Numbered from the stretch's first letter, positions 27,598 to 47,009 are shown. The stretch is 64,000 bases of DNA from Octopus vulgaris (GCA_951406725.2 OX597816.1:32178001-32242000), one strand, 5' to 3'. Made by a program: numbers and translations. Notes: generated by a model from the letters alone, not told the origin.

Positions 27598-28094
27598 TCT
27601 ATGAGTTCCATCGTGTCAATGAACAGCTATTGCTTATCTATATAATTTTATTTCATGTTCTATTTTCTTTCAGCAATGGTATCTTCCATTAATGAGAAAA
27701 CAAATATATACACCCAATTTTTCAATAGAAAATGTTGCTTCCTCTGAATCATTAGAAAATTACTTGTTAACGTTCTATTATTTCCTTCATTTTCTTATCA
27801 CTTGTTCCCGACCAATAAATATTCGACTTACTATATCAGGTAAAGAAAGGGGTAAACACATCGGAATTCAGAAATCATTTAGCCATAGCTTTAAAATATT
27901 TATTTATTATTTCTTAACATAACATTCGATATAATGTTGCCTATGTTTATTTTTACTTTTAACAGTTCTCGTCGATTTAGCTATCCTATTTTGAGTAACT
28001 TTTGTGATTACGAAAAAAGTAGTTTAAAGATGCCAGGGAGCCCGGTTGTAGAAGAGCAGCCGGTCTCGCAAACATCATTTATTTCTCACTTAAT

Positions 28095-28503
28095 TATTTC
28101 AGTCATTTAACTGCAGCCATACTGGGGCACAAACTTGAAGGGTTTTAGTCGAACAAATCGACACTTGGACTATGCCATCAGGTTATCTTGCCGAACCGCT
28201 AAGCAACGTTAGGTGAACGCAACAGCTCCATTTGTTAAGTTGTGCTAGGAGGGGGGGCGCAAACACAGACATAAAGACACAAAGTCACACACACACACAT
28301 GCACACGCTCGCGCTCACACGTATGTCTATACACATATACGATGGAGTTCTTTCAGTTGTCCTCTACCAAATCCACTCAGAAGGATTTGGTCGGTCCAAG
28401 GCTATCGTAGAATATATTGCCCAATATTCCACGCGGTGAGACTCAATACGGAGCCACGTGGATGGAAGGCAAGCATCATACTACACAGCCATATCTGTGC
28501 CTA
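28095..28503 (-). mobile_element. SINE family 2
   Basis: Matches 13434-13840. Confidence 0.75.
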
Positions 28504-30009
28504 TGAAAACTTTGTTAAACCTCCATTCATATATCATCCATATATTCCAAATATCCATGATCCTTTGTTTTATGCTCAACACAGTACAATTGTGTGTCTT
28601 TGAAATGTAGGTTTATATTCAGGCACGAAAATGTAGAAGATACGTAAAACAGCGTTTCAAAAATAGTAAGGTTAGATAGATCAAAATAATCATTCGTTTT
28701 TCTTCATGTTATTTCTGCAAGGTATTATATATGGCTTTCCCGAATTTGACAATACGTGTATATTATGCTTTCGAGTTTTGGTGAATTTATATTGGTTTTA
28801 TATATGAAACAGCCGTGGCATTCTGAGTAGTAGGAAATGGATTTTTATCGGCAACTGCTTTAACGTCTGGAATATGCCGACTATATCGAGAGCAGAAAAC
28901 AGCTGATCGTATCTGATGTCTGCAGTAATGAGGTAAAATTCACAATTTGGTAATCCTTGCCTTTGAACTTCTAGTTCCTTGATATGGCGAATGCATGTTT
29001 GAGAGAGAAGTGACGCTGGCTTAAAATGAAGAGTTGCAGATTGATATATTGATAGTTTATCAACGAATTACGTCTTTGTCAAAACCAAGTTTTAGCTTGA
29101 TATCTGAATGTTACGGTGTACCAATTCATGAAATTAGCTGTAAGAATAATCTTTAGATTGCCTTTCTGATATTACAGAAAGAACGATGCTATGCGTATAG
29201 TACATAATAACTTGGGCTATTTAGCTGATCGAAAAAATGGGGTGGAGAAAGAAGGCAAGAGGGCAGGAAAGAAAACAGTAAATATAATATTAATGGAATG
29301 AGAATAATTCAGAGAGGAGATGCTAAAACACAAGGACAGAAAAATGCAAGGCCAAAGAATGAATGTGAATAGCAAAGAGGAAGAGACCATGAAGGAATGG
29401 AAGAACAAATGAAGAAAAGAAACGTGAAAAAGAGAATGAACGGAAATAGATAAACAGACAAAAATATACAGAGATTTATATAGAAATACCAATATTTATC
29501 CATCTAGACAAATTACATTTATTTGTTTCAACGTAACTATTTATGAATAGGAAACTAAAAAACAAGAGAATATCCGTATGCAAATTTTCTGAATATATAT
29601 TTATGAATATTGATTCATATTTTCGTTTATATTTTTAAATAAGTGCAGTTTTTAAAATAAGAAATATCATATTTCCGAAAGCTTTAACGAAGTAATTCAT
29701 CTAAATGCAGTGAGTGAGAGAGAGAGATAAGGGGAGAGAAAGGGGGGTTAGATGCATGATTTGTGATTAGACCCGGACGTGGTGTGACAGATAGACAGTT
29801 TTCCAGATCTTCGATTTATGGCTATCACTTTACGTAAATATCGCAAATGTTTTGGAATTTAAATAGCAACACTGTTTTATGGAATCAGAAATTACGATTA
29901 TCCGACATTGTATTTAGAGAAAAGCAGCTAATTCAAAACAAAAGTAAAGCTGAGAGTGGTGGAACTTGAAATGAGTGCATAATTATTTAGAATAAGTATA
30001 TTAAATAAT

Positions 30010-30195
30010 TCTTTCTAATTCAGATACAAACCCAACAATTTTAAGGAGTGAAGTTAGTGGGCTACACGGGCACAAGTACTTAACTGATACTTATATTATC
30101 GACTCCGAATAAATGACAGGTAAAGTCGACACCAAGGAGCCTTTGAACACAGAAAGGAAATTGAAATGAAATGCTAAGCATATTGCCAGCTCACT
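30010..30195 (-). mobile_element. Old SINE family 1 copy
   Basis: tacttatattatcgactccgaa..aaagtcgac..tttgaac..gccagctc. Confidence 0.6.
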
Positions 30196-30599
30196 TCCAT
30201 TACCAATTTAACAATAATAGATTTAAAAAGAGCATCCTTGTAGCATCAGATTCACAGTATGGTTACGCTAGCACCATAGAATTTACAAATCTCTAGTTTT
30301 CATAGATTTTTCTCCGCATTGTATACTCATAAAGTAAAATTGGAAACCAAATCTAAAGGGTATTTGGTTCTCTTTAAAATTACTCCTACTGAAATTTCGT
30401 TTTAGTCATACTCTTATTATTTCGCCCCTTAATATATACCTACGTTTCCATAATGCACAATTTTAATTATTGAGTTGAGCACAAAACTATGGATTTTTGA
30501 GGTTTAAATAATATGAATGGCCCCCAGTTAATTCTTGCATTGTGTACAATTAGTACCATGGATGTACTATATTATTTCTTCTTAGTTTAAACCAGGTGC

Positions 30600-33680
<3,081 letters not shown>

Positions 33681-33716
33681 AAAACTTATGTTTGTGCTTG
33701 CGAAAGTGTTTATTTG

Positions 33717-33786
<70 letters not shown>

Positions 33787-33924
33787 TTGATATATATATA
33801 TATATATCTATTTACGTATATAAATATATACATACACAGACACACTGAACCCAACACACATGTATTTACGTATATATAATTTTATATATATGATTCCGAA
33901 TGTGAATAAAGAAAACAAGAGGTC

Positions 33925-34110
33925 AAATGTTATATTGAATTGAAATTTAATTATCAGTGTACTTTCCCTGTTTATGTGTGATTACCTTCCATTTATTTAC
34001 AAGGTTTTTAACCCCATCAATGTAAAATTTCTTTGGTTTCAAAGCGAAGAACTCTGAAATATCAGTTTTGACTTCCTCCTGGCTTGCGAAAGTTATGCCC
34101 CTTTAGACAT
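33925..34110 (-). mobile_element. Mariner C-terminal fragment
   Basis: TFASQEEVKTDISEFFALKPKKFYIDGVKNLVNKWKVITHKQGKY. Confidence 0.75.
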
Positions 34111-35460
34111 TTTAGAGTGGCGTATCACGGAACCGAATCCTGCTAAATCACATATGATCATCCGGTATCAACACTCACCAGTCAAAGATAGACCACAGTC
34201 ACGAGAAGCTCGCTGTAGCCGCCTGAATTGAACATAAGGCCATGCACAAAATTGTGAAGCGGCTTCATGACGCCTTCAAAGAAAATATAAGCTTCAGGGA
34301 AATTGGTTCATAGGAATTTCATATCATGTTTTGAAACCTTTACAGTTTCACTGGGCATCGTTAGGATATTCGCATTTTGATACACGTAGCCAATCACTAT
34401 GATATAGGAAATTCTTTTCTAACATCCCAATCGTTTAAGCTTCACTAAACCAGGTAACATTTTCTCATCTATGACTTATTTGTTGTACCCCGCACCCACG
34501 TCGATGACTATTCCACAATATATCAAGCTGTTCTTCAAAAGATGACACATAAAAATGACCGTCAAAATTAGCCAGGAACACCCTGTACGAATGAGGGGAC
34601 TCAAATCAAATGACAGACAGCTGGATTCGTCTACTCCTCATTAATAAGGGTTAAACACCTAAAAACTAGTCTGTGGGTGCCGGACAAGCAAGGTAAGCTG
34701 TTGACCTCCACTATTCGAAGGTCATAATCGACACAGGCTCGTGTATCACATAGATAGCTAGAGGCGATGGTCTCTTGTAGCTAATCAACAGAAGCATTCT
34801 TCCAATATATGTGGACTATCATGTTAGCTTGGCGATAACTATTCATATCCAGTACCGCTGTCATAGTCTCCTGAGAGAAACTTAGAAATAATGATATTTC
34901 TAAGCATATATGCTGAACATATATATATGCATGTACTATTTACACACGCATACATATGTACATAAATACATAGATAAACACACAAAGATGTACATATATA
35001 TTTATATATATACACATGTATATATATATTTATATATATATATATATATATATATCCTTAAAAAATCCTTGAGAATGGTGATTATATATATTTTATTATA
35101 CAATTTCAGGGTTTTCTTCAATTATCTGATTTATAAAACAGTGATTTGCAGTGAGTTTGCTTCGACTTTCTTTATAAAATCTTATATAAAAGGATAAGCA
35201 CACTTACTGTAGACCACTATTTTGGGGAATCCGATGACGGAGGAAGGCGCTGAAAATGTAAGTAAAAATTTAAATAACCATCCAACATTGTGACTACCTC
35301 ATTCTCCATATATAGTATGTGTACATCACTTCAAATCTCTGTCTTTCTCTCTCTAAATACAATCACACAAACATACACATATGTATATGTAGAAATATAT
35401 GAGGATATGTATGCATATATATATATATATATATATGTATGATGTATATATATATATATG

Positions 35461-35512
<52 letters not shown>

Positions 35513-36040
35513 GACACCGAGTGTTTCCATACAATGAGAAAATAATCTGCTTCATACAATTTTGCAGAGCAATTCTGTCCACGGTGAGAAAATTAGTTTG
35601 TTTCTTTAGGACATCTTATGCAAAATATAATTACATTTATTCTCAATAGTTATGTTTATGAAACCATCATTGTTTCATTGAAAATGTCATATTAATCCCA
35701 CCATTGTTATTACAATACACATCGTTGTCTTGTCATTGATACGATATAGTAAATAATGAACACAGATATGTATGTATATATATATAAGGATAATATCGAA
35801 ATTATCAAGTGGCCAGCATGGGAAGAAATACCATGCATAGGTAATAATTTTTCACAACAATAAATAAGGTTATCTGAGAGACACTACCATGACGGAATAG
35901 CAGTGAAACCATGACTCTAAAAACCACCTCAAATGTTCATATCGCCCGCCGAGATAAGACAGAGAGAAAAATAATCTAGCAAGTATATATTACTGGATAA
36001 TTCAAGATCTTGGATTTCTAGCTTTGTTTTAAATAAGCAA

Positions 36041-37464
<1,424 letters not shown>

Positions 37465-37920
37465 GAGATAATTACTTTACGGAAACTTCTGGTATAATTA
37501 TTTCCGTATAGAGCAGTTACTGACAGTAAAGCTGATGAAGAACAGCCTGATATCTCATTTAATAACATTTGATTTTTTAAAAATTTATTTATTCTTATAT
37601 AATTCGTGACATTTTCTCTCAGTATTTTGTGTTCAAATCCATGTTATTGCATGTAAATTTGTTTTTATTATTTCCGATCGTTCTCGTAGCATACTACTGT
37701 TAGCGATGCCACTTCTCCGTTTCAAATTTAACGAACTATATGTATAGTGAATGAAATTTGATCGAGTTGAATATTTTCTTTCGCAATGTCAACGTATAAA
37801 CACTGAGATTAATGTCCGAAGTCATCAGCACTCTAATTTTGATTGCAGGTTTCTCGTATCAGTTTTGATTAATATCACAATCAAAAATGGAAAAAAATAC
37901 AAAAAAGTCATAATTTGAAC

Positions 37921-38124
37921 CATTGGCACAGGGCTTGCATTCTCGGAGGGGGGTGGGCAAGTCGATTACATCGAATCCTGTCCGTAAATGGTACTTATTT
38001 CATCGACACCGAGTGAAAAGGAAAAGACAACCTCGGCGAAATTTGAACTCAATATGTGATGATGGGCAAGATGATTAACGGTATTTAATCCGCGTTGTTA
38101 ACGATTATGCTAGCTCAACACCTT
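37921..38124 (-). mobile_element. Old SINE family 1 copy
   Basis: aagtcgattacatcga..tggtacttatttcatcgac..cctcggcgaaatttgaactc. Confidence 0.7.
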
Positions 38125-38771
38125 TAGAAAATCCATAAAATAAAAATATTTTATACTGATTCTATCGTAATACAGTAATTATAATTATCCTCACCATTGT
38201 TATCAACATTATCATCATGAATGTCTCTTTCATCATCAATATCAACAGTATCATATTTCAGACACAGTTATATCCCAACCATCAGATGTTTATAATTTGC
38301 TCTCTTCTACATTTACTTATGCCTCTTCAAAAGTTTTTTCTCTGTACACACACATTCTTAGGCAAAAAATTCCCATATCACTTCATAGGATAATTTTTAT
38401 AGTGTTTGTATATTTATCAGAAATGTTCTTTTAGTGTCATTCCCCCTCCTTCAGACAGTGGTCGGTTTCCTTGGTTTTTAGTTTTAATATTTTATCATCT
38501 TGTCAGCTCGGAGGAGAATACAAGAGGTTTTTTTCATTTTACGTCCTTTCACATCAAATATATTTTAAATTTATCTTTCAATATCAAGTATTCCCACGCC
38601 CAAACATATTATGTTCGTGGTGCGTATAGGTTATATATATATATATATATATAAGTTCAGCAAAATTTAGTTTCAAATGAATATGGTACTTAAAATCTTT
38701 GTCTCTATATCTACCTTGTCTATAATGTAACTACTTGATATGAAAATTATGTATTAATGGAAAACTTCTAT

Positions 38772-38863
38772 TAATGGCTGATGAGTGCTCAGCATTTTAA
38801 AACTGTTGGAATAATTACAACATTTAATAAAATGATGTATTGCGAAACGATCGTACCAAATTA
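38772..38863 (+). ncRNA. Hammerhead ribozyme in a (TA)n-flanked element (38654-38897)
   Basis: uaaugg-CUGAUGA-gug...ugc-GAAA-cgauc-GUA-ccaaauua. Confidence 0.75.
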
Positions 38864-38893
38864 CCGGAGTTATTCTTGTTGCTTATGTTGATA

Positions 38894-38963
<70 letters not shown>

Positions 38964-39639
38964 TTTGAATTAAAGTTTGTCTACACGTATATTTTTTTCC
39001 TTTTCTTAAACTTTATTTACACCTACACCGATATCTACTATATTGCTGAAGACACTGACGTAACGCAAGTTGCAATATGTACAAACAGTCCTATCGGAAT
39101 GTGTCTTATTCGGTTATATTCAATTCGAGAATGTACACGTACAATATAATAACTAATATACGGCCTCTGTTTTGAACATTATTTAATGACTCTTACTTCA
39201 ATGACCGTTACCGTATATGCTTCCACCAATGAAATTGCATGATATCTTGTGAATATAATGGGGTCTTGGGAAACTCTATATAAAGATAATAGGCTACAGT
39301 TTGCATCTGTGACAACGAACACACGTGAGTGCAACGAAAGGATCCTCAGCGAGAAGTAAGACAAAATTCTTGATGCAAGACTGGAACAGGTGCATTAGCA
39401 TACATGAAAGATGAATGAAAAGCAATTTTTTTGTGAATACTTGTGTATGCGTGCATGCGTGGTACATATGTGTATGCATGTATGTGATACACATCAGCAT
39501 GCACCCATGATGCATAAAACACATACACGCACAGAGAGACACACATATATATCTAAGCAAATAGACTCAAAATTGCTTGTCTATACCATGTCAAAATTGC
39601 TTGTCTATACCTTGTCAAAATTGCATCTTCTATACCATG

Positions 39640-40222
39640 TGGACCGGTCACATCGCCAACACCGGAGTCCTCGACCTTACCAAAGCAGCTAGTATACTCA
39701 ACCTGCTCCAGCAAGGCCTTCTGACATGGCTCGGTCTTATAAATCGCATGCGGGACGGGAAGATCCCAAAAGAGCTTCTGCATTGGGAAGTAGCCACAGG
39801 CACAGAGCACAAAGACGACCTTATCTTCGTATCAAGGACGTCTGCAAGAGAGATATAAAATCGATTGATCTGGGCGACCTGAAATGAAAAGAGGTCGCAA
39901 ATGATTGCCCACGTTGGAGACAGATTCTTTAAAAGGAGTTGAATCGAGAGGAAGTAAACGAGGACTTGCCACCACAGCAAAAGGAGTTGAATCGAGAGGA
40001 AGTAAACGAGGACTTGCCACCACAGCAAAGCTTACTCGGGGGAAGGAAAAGCCAGTAGCTCCGGCAGAGAGGGCCTCTAAATGCAGTCGTTAAACACGGG
40101 ACTACCACTCCGGTGTGGGTCTCTAGATCCACAGCAGAAGCCGCACCACCATCAGCAGTGGGGGCCATGATTTCTTCGGCCGCTGCAGATCCATGGTCTC
40201 ACGAGACCAACATATACCTACT
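39640..40222 (+). mobile_element. RTE-clade LINE 3' end
   Basis: WLGLINRMRDGKIPKELL..G..RPYLRIKDVCKRDIK..W..VAND.PRWR..KCS...HS.VGL..HSR; internal 48-bp tandem duplication. Confidence 0.85.
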
Positions 40223-41566
40223 CTCTCTCTCTCTTGCTTTTTATATATATATATATATATATGTACGCGTAATTACGCAAGTGAGTGTATAAAAGGGAGA
40301 AGATAATACATTTGTTTGAGTTAGATATGCTTGTACTATCATAGAGATATCAATTATTTGCTAAGTACTCGTTGTGGAGCAGATATGATATTCATGAAAT
40401 TTTCCGATATTCTACAGGATGTAATATTACAGGAATATGATAACTTTATTTGGTATAGTAGTATATATATATATATATGTAGCAGAGAAGACATTATGCT
40501 AACGACATGCAGCCGATGTTATGTGGGCTATGATATTACAATTACAATAATTTTCACATGGTAAGAAAAATAATTTTATGGTTTAAGTCTACATATCTGA
40601 TTGTGTGAGTAGTATAAATTATAGTTAGGTGAAATATTTAGACACATCAGGAATTACATACATTGCCAATGAGAATAAACCGGTACACTCAGGGTGTTAT
40701 TAGATACATCGGAGTTATTTGTTATAGCTGTAAAAATAAGAGACCCAGCATTTTGTGTATCCATGAGGAATTACGACTGACAGATTACCCCAGACTGGTC
40801 AGGTTATATAACATGTGTAAGCTAAAAATATTTACATATTTTAACACTTCGACTTTAGAAGGAAACGATTCACCTAGCCTCACCCACATGAGCAGCGATA
40901 CTAATTCTAATTTCATGAAGAATGTCAAGTATATCTTCCAACGAAATGTTATTTGTTAACGTGTTTGATTCTAGGACATAACCCTAGTGTTCGAAATATA
41001 CATTGATTACCCTTACAGAAAGCTATGACTTCAAAGAAGAATTCAAACAACACATGAAGTCTGTTTGATATAAACACAGAAAACACTCCGCTTCTCTCTA
41101 CCGCTAACAGTTAACAATTATATGTCATCGAAACGAATTCATGCACACCACATGTAACGTTCTTGTCGATATTTTTCCCCTGCGGTTTATGATTGCTAAC
41201 TCTGCCTCTAAGGTAAACTAAACATACACTGTAAACGGACATTATATATTAATGCAAAAAACTATCTTTCTACTGCCACCACATATATGACTTGTAACTG
41301 ACCTGCAAGTAGTTGACCACCAATAAACCGGGTATTTATTCTATGGTTAGCAATTGGCAAATTATATAACTCATGCAACCTGTAGATTTCAGAACCAATT
41401 CATAACAATCAAGACAAAAGCTTCTGCAACCGCAATATCAAAGCCGAATAACTAGCAATTTCCGATATGATGAGCTGACACCGCTAATTTTTCTCACCTT
41501 ATTAATTACGACAATGTGATAGCAGCAGTTAGCGACTTTCAGTATATGAAGCAAATTGAACAACAC

Positions 41567-41880
<314 letters not shown>

Positions 41881-42036
41881 GAAAGAGAAAGGGAAAGAAG
41901 CAGAAAAAGACACAGGCAGGTAGAAAAAGTGAGATGAAACAAAAAGACATAAAGACACGCATGCAAACAGGCAGACAGACAGATATATACGTTGATCGTT
42001 ATGCATATACACGTATCAGGGTTTACATATTTAATA

Positions 42037-42500
42037 ACATTTGCATCATGGAAAATGTTTATAAGCCATTTAAAACACACACTTGACATTCTTCATGAAA
42101 TTAGAATTAGTATCGCTGCTCATGTGGGTGAATCGTTTCCTTCTAAAGTCGAAGTGTTAGAATATGTAAATATTTTTAGCTGATACATTTTATATAACCT
42201 GACAAGTCTGGGGTAATGTTAGATTTACTTCAACATTTAAATTTAATTTGTCAAAATATTTTCGTCGCTTTTAGACCGCGACCTCTTTATTGAAGAAATA
42301 TAGGAATTTCATCAGTGAACAGGTCGCGGTCTGAAAGCGACGAAAATAGTTTGATAAATTAAATTTAAATCTTGAAGCGAATCTAACGTCTTTGTGTGTT
42401 TTTTTTTAATGTCTTATAAACACCTTCCACGCTGCAATTGTTTTTGTTACAGCACTCGATCTCAGATCAGGTCACTTGCTCTGCAAGGGCATCTCCGCAT
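42037..42500. mobile_element. Tail-out palindromic element, copy 1 (hammerhead-variant family)
   Basis: 42218-42388 palindrome; same family as 45731-46009; left arm interrupted by 42081-42217. Confidence 0.75.
42307..42358 (+). ncRNA. Hammerhead-like motif with G3-C8 core (GUGAACA)
   Basis: auca-GUGAACA-g-gucgc(ggucugaaa)gcgac-GAAA-auag-UU-ugau. Confidence 0.55.
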
Positions 42501-44099
42501 ATAATAATTTTTTACATCCACTGTGAACAAATTTAATTTTAACCTTGTATGATTGATTGCCTTGTTCTACTTCACGCATAGTAATTTTACACCGTCAAAT
42601 GAACAATATATTTCTCCAGACAGAGTATTATAGAAAAAATATCTCCTCAGAAAGAAAGATTCGGAATATTTCTCTTCAGTCTATTCTCAGAATTTTACCA
42701 ATTTAGTATATTCTTTCACTTAATACACTTTTAGCATAACCCGAATAATTCGTATTCAGTATGATACCTGTGTGCGCTTTGTTAACGAAGATTACCTCCA
42801 TGTGAACATTTATTCATCTACGTTGTGCACCGGATTGAATCATTAAGTGTTTCTTGATCGAGTATGTAGGATTCAACGAATGTAATTTCATTCCAAGAAT
42901 TTTCATACGACATTTTCACAAAATACATGTAATAGTTGGCGCATAGTTTTATTTCTGTTCGGTGCAATCCTCGGTTCTAGTTAGAATTTTCTAATGTGGT
43001 CTTACATATACCTTTCAACTATATGACAAACTTTGGATAAGATGTTTTAACACACAGCTTAACGCACACACACACACAAACACAAACAGGCAAACACACA
43101 CTCACACGCACACGCAAACACACACAAACACAAGCACACACATACATGCATGTTCGGTGCGTCATAAATATTCTCTTCACATTACTTCTAAATAGATTAT
43201 AATCCCAGCAGCAGCAGCAGAGGCGGCGGCAGCGGCAGCAGCAGGAACAGCAACAGCAGCAGCAGTAGCAGCAGCAACTTTAGTAGTAGTAGTAGTAGTA
43301 GTAGTAGTGTTTTTGGTGGCGTTTGTCGTTTGTGCAGCACTAACAAGTTTTACAGTCTACCACTTTAAGAAGCGTACGGATTTTTGAGCAACTTCTGTTA
43401 TTTCAATATTTTTCAAATTTCCTTTTTTTTATGGATATATTTCTTGTTTGTTTGTTTATTGTTCATCTATTCATTGCATCCAAGGTTTATTAAAATTTTC
43501 CTTTGTTGACCAATTGTCCGGCTTCAATTCAGAATAAAACGAAAAGAAATTTCTCATTGCTTAAACGTGATTAATTTTTTGTCAAACACGAGAATACTGA
43601 ACAAAGTTTTTTCACAATAACTTCCGTTGCAGTATTTGCATGTAGAACAAATTACATGGGCATATTTCGGAATGTTTCTAAAACCGAATGCAGGTGCATT
43701 AATGTTGTCGTCAGTTTTGAATCACTTCTGCATATTTAGATGAAGGAGGTGTCCCATTCGGAAAAGTTATCTTCTACCGTTGATGTAACTTCCAAATTAG
43801 CAAACACTTCTGATACAGTAGTTGTGAGGAACGACATTGAGATTCTACCAGTATCAGTTTGCTCTCATCAAAATTGCGCACCTAATATTCGTCACTGAAA
43901 CTAAATTATTAGTCCTTTACATTCGCAAGTGAGATTTACTTCCTCTTATCTCCATTTGCTACAAGAAACAACTCCTTCTAATCCTTTCTTTACACTCTCC
44001 TCTATCTCGTCCTCATTCTTGTCGAGTAATCTAAGATTTGCAACTGGCTATAAATCAAACAGCCAATGCTGCTAACGTATTCTATGGAAGTTTTGAGAG

Positions 44100-44930
44100 T
44101 ATTATCCACAATGAGGTCGGCATGACGCAGGATTCTGCTCGTTAGATGCCATGTCGTTTGACACCAGATAAAAGACGCAATAAGCTAATGGCATCACGGG
44201 AAACATTGTTCCCTGCAGATGAAGGTAGTGTATGTGAAAGTTTCTTAAGCGAGGATATGTGTTCCGTTCATAATTTGAAGTCAGAGGGAAACAAATAGCC
44301 CATGCAGTGGAAAGATTATTTCTCACCTGTTCCAAAGAAGTCCCTTGTAGTTTCATCTGTGGGGAAAGTGATGTTGTTAGAATTGTAAGATACACTAGGC
44401 TTTGTGTTTATTGAAGATCTTCGAAAATGCCACGACAAAAATGGCTTGTAGTATACCAATTTGCTGTAGCAGTTCAGAACGCCTATCAAGGCCACACACT
44501 TGGGATGATTGACATTCTCTTGAAATCTTGTTTCTTCAGGATAATCCTCTAGCATGGATATCATTGGCTTCAGAGGCTAATATTGTCGACTGGTTTGGAA
44601 CTGGTTGATCAATCAACTTACACCACTAAATTGGCCCTATGTGACAATCATCTGCTCCGCAACATGAATAAATAAATAAATAAATAAATAAATAAATGAA
44701 ACCACTTGTCTGAGATTTAGACACGGAGTGATGAAGAGGCCATACCTGCTGTCGATGATATTTTACCAACAGGATGAAAGTTTCTTCACTAAAGGAATCC
44801 AAAACCTGTAACACATCTGGAGGACGTGTGTGGACAGCAAGGGGGATCGTGGTGGAAAATAAACCTCTTTTGACCATATTGCATCAGTGAAGTATTTTTC
44901 AACCTATGAACTTTTCAACCGATTCTCGTT
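44100..44930 (+). mobile_element. Decayed mariner transposase with 3' TIR
   Basis: IIHNEVGM..SAR*.P..LTPD..MQWK..SP.PKK..VSSVGKVM..QDESFFTKGIQ.L.H.W..CVD.KGD; ends cctatgaacttttcaacc..ctcgt. Confidence 0.85.
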
Positions 44931-45730
44931 TATATCCATCTATATAAGCGCGAATGTTTGTAATTTTTTTTCTCTGTTTCAATATTCTATGTTTATTACT
45001 GCGATTTTTTTCATGGTTGTTGGTGTATAGGTACAAGATTGTCGCTATTGCTGAATGTCTTCATAAACGTGTGTATGTCACATGTGTGGTTGCGTACGAG
45101 TTTATAGAAGTAAACCGTGTTTACAAAAATACAGCTTGTAAATATGTTACGAATCTAATTATTATTCAAGTTTTGTCCTGCTTTGTTTATAAAAAATTTA
45201 AAGTTGTAATTGAAGATGCGGAAGATGGTTCACAGATTAATTTCCATATTCTTTAAATGGAACCTCAACATGATGAAAAAGAAGACGCTTTCGTACATTT
45301 TGAATTTAATCACAATATTTTATTATAATGTTGGTATGCCCTCTGTTCTTCAAGATAAATGTAGTAATTCAAATTAGTTTGTAAACCGTATGCTTGACCA
45401 TATCGTTTAAAGAACTTGCTGATAACCAAAGTCTATATGTCGTAATCCTGGTGAAACTTATTCAGCAGTAGCTTCAGATTGCCCGATAATTACGAGATTT
45501 TGTTTCATAGAAACTCCCAGAATATTCATAGGTATATATATGAAAAACATGAGTAGAGATTGCTTTTTGGAGGACCCTGCTAAAAAGCAATCTCTACTCA
45601 TTTTTTTTCAAAAATACATATAATAGGCTAGCAAAATATGTTTTTGTTATTCTACTATATTTATATATATTACAAACATGTACTTGCAACGGGAATGACA
45701 TGACATGAGAACGTGTACTGACAGAAAAAG

Positions 45731-46009
45731 AATTGCAGCGTGGAAGGTGTTTATAAGCCAATTAAAAACACAATAATACCGTTAGATTCATAACATTTAA
45801 ATTTAGTTTATCAAAATATTTTCGTCGCTTTGAGACCGCGATCTCTTCATTGACAAAATTCCGTGCTGCATCACGATAGTTTGTCGGTGAACATGTCGCG
45901 GTCAAAAAGGTACGAAAGAATTTTGGGAAATTAAATTTAAAATTTGAAGTGAATCTAACGGTTTTTGTGTGTTTTTAGATGGCTTATAAACACCTTCCAC
46001 TCTGCAATT
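45731..46009. mobile_element. Tail-out palindromic element, copy 2; GUGAACA motif at 45887-45893
   Basis: ~125-bp imperfect inverted arms homologous to 42037-42440. Confidence 0.75.
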
Positions 46010-46021
46010 GTTATACACACG

Positions 46022-46075
<54 letters not shown>

Positions 46076-46076
46076 C

Positions 46077-46107
<31 letters not shown>

Positions 46108-47009
46108 CATACTTATATGTCTATCTGATTTTTCTTTCTATATACTACACGCGTTCAAACACGCGCACGCACACACACAACATTCCAAGTTCTTTTATTC
46201 ATTTACAAGGCGTAGAAACAGTGAAATGTTGCTGACACAAGTGTGTGAATCTGAGAGGAAAATATTTGACATAAAACCAGAATTACACGATCGTCCTGTA
46301 ATTCATTTTACCGAAACCCAGGAACCTTTAAGCACGCCTTTGAGCATATGCATATAATTATGAGAAAATAGGATTCATGAAAATTTTTATTGATCACAAC
46401 GATCGTTTCGACCCAATTTCAAACGGTGCATTGCGGGTGACATACTATATAGTGAGATGTGGTGCATCACTCAGTGAAGATATTTTTCTATTCGTGGGCT
46501 TTTCTAAAAAGATACCTTGCTCGATAGACTCAGTTCCGGTTGGTTCGATTAGTGTGCATGTCGTTATTTTCAGTAGGTTGTTGGATCAAATGACAGGGTG
46601 TGAGCATAGTATCGTGGTTATCAACAGTTAATGTGTATACATATGATTGATTTTTTAATAAATGACGTTGAATAAATGACAATAAAATAAAATTAAAAAA
46701 TGAACAAAAATAAATATACATTTGTAGACATTAACACGCGCATAAGGCACACATATACACAGCTATATGAGCGCATGCACATATATAGCGGCGCTCACAA
46801 TGTTAAGGAGATATCATTGAATATACTCATAAAAAACTAGGATTTATGATTTTAGAGGCAAAGAGACAAAGGGTATCTGCAGGCACGTTGTGAATCAGTC
46901 TTCAACCCGGTACACAAGACTGAGCCGGGATGTCTGGTGGTGGTTTGATGTAATGATATAAAATGCCTAGTCACCGTATACGTATGCGCAATTATTTATG
47001 CGTATATTT

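Larger units (their letters stand above)
27650..30430 (+). pseudogene. Decayed protocadherin relic H (EC2-EC6)
   Basis: RLDR 28669, FLSATALTSG 28842 (~ILSATDLDSG), GNPCL 28949, DAGL 29012, LDPD 29767, VASDS 30240, LFKIT.TEISF 30370. Confidence 0.6.
38300..40800 (+). pseudogene. Decayed protocadherin relic K (EC3-EC6)
   Basis: SSEENTRGFFHFTS and AYRLYI (ORF 38406), LNF..IAEDTDV 39007-39062, ISCEYNG 39242, QEYDN ~40430, INRYT ~40675. Confidence 0.55.

Noticed and set aside
34110-34588. Tc1-like element ending caccctgta
   Set aside because: Only a short terminal motif; no convincing transposase or partner TIR
39045-39110. CTGAAGA as a hammerhead core (also 32954, 37532, 42672)
   Set aside because: No proper stem II/GAAA/NUH; 39045 lies in the cadherin IAED motif
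43640-44050. Apparent pogo/Tigger transposase on minus
   Set aside because: The plus strand gives clearer cadherin EC4 motifs (TVDV..DIE, SPLHS)
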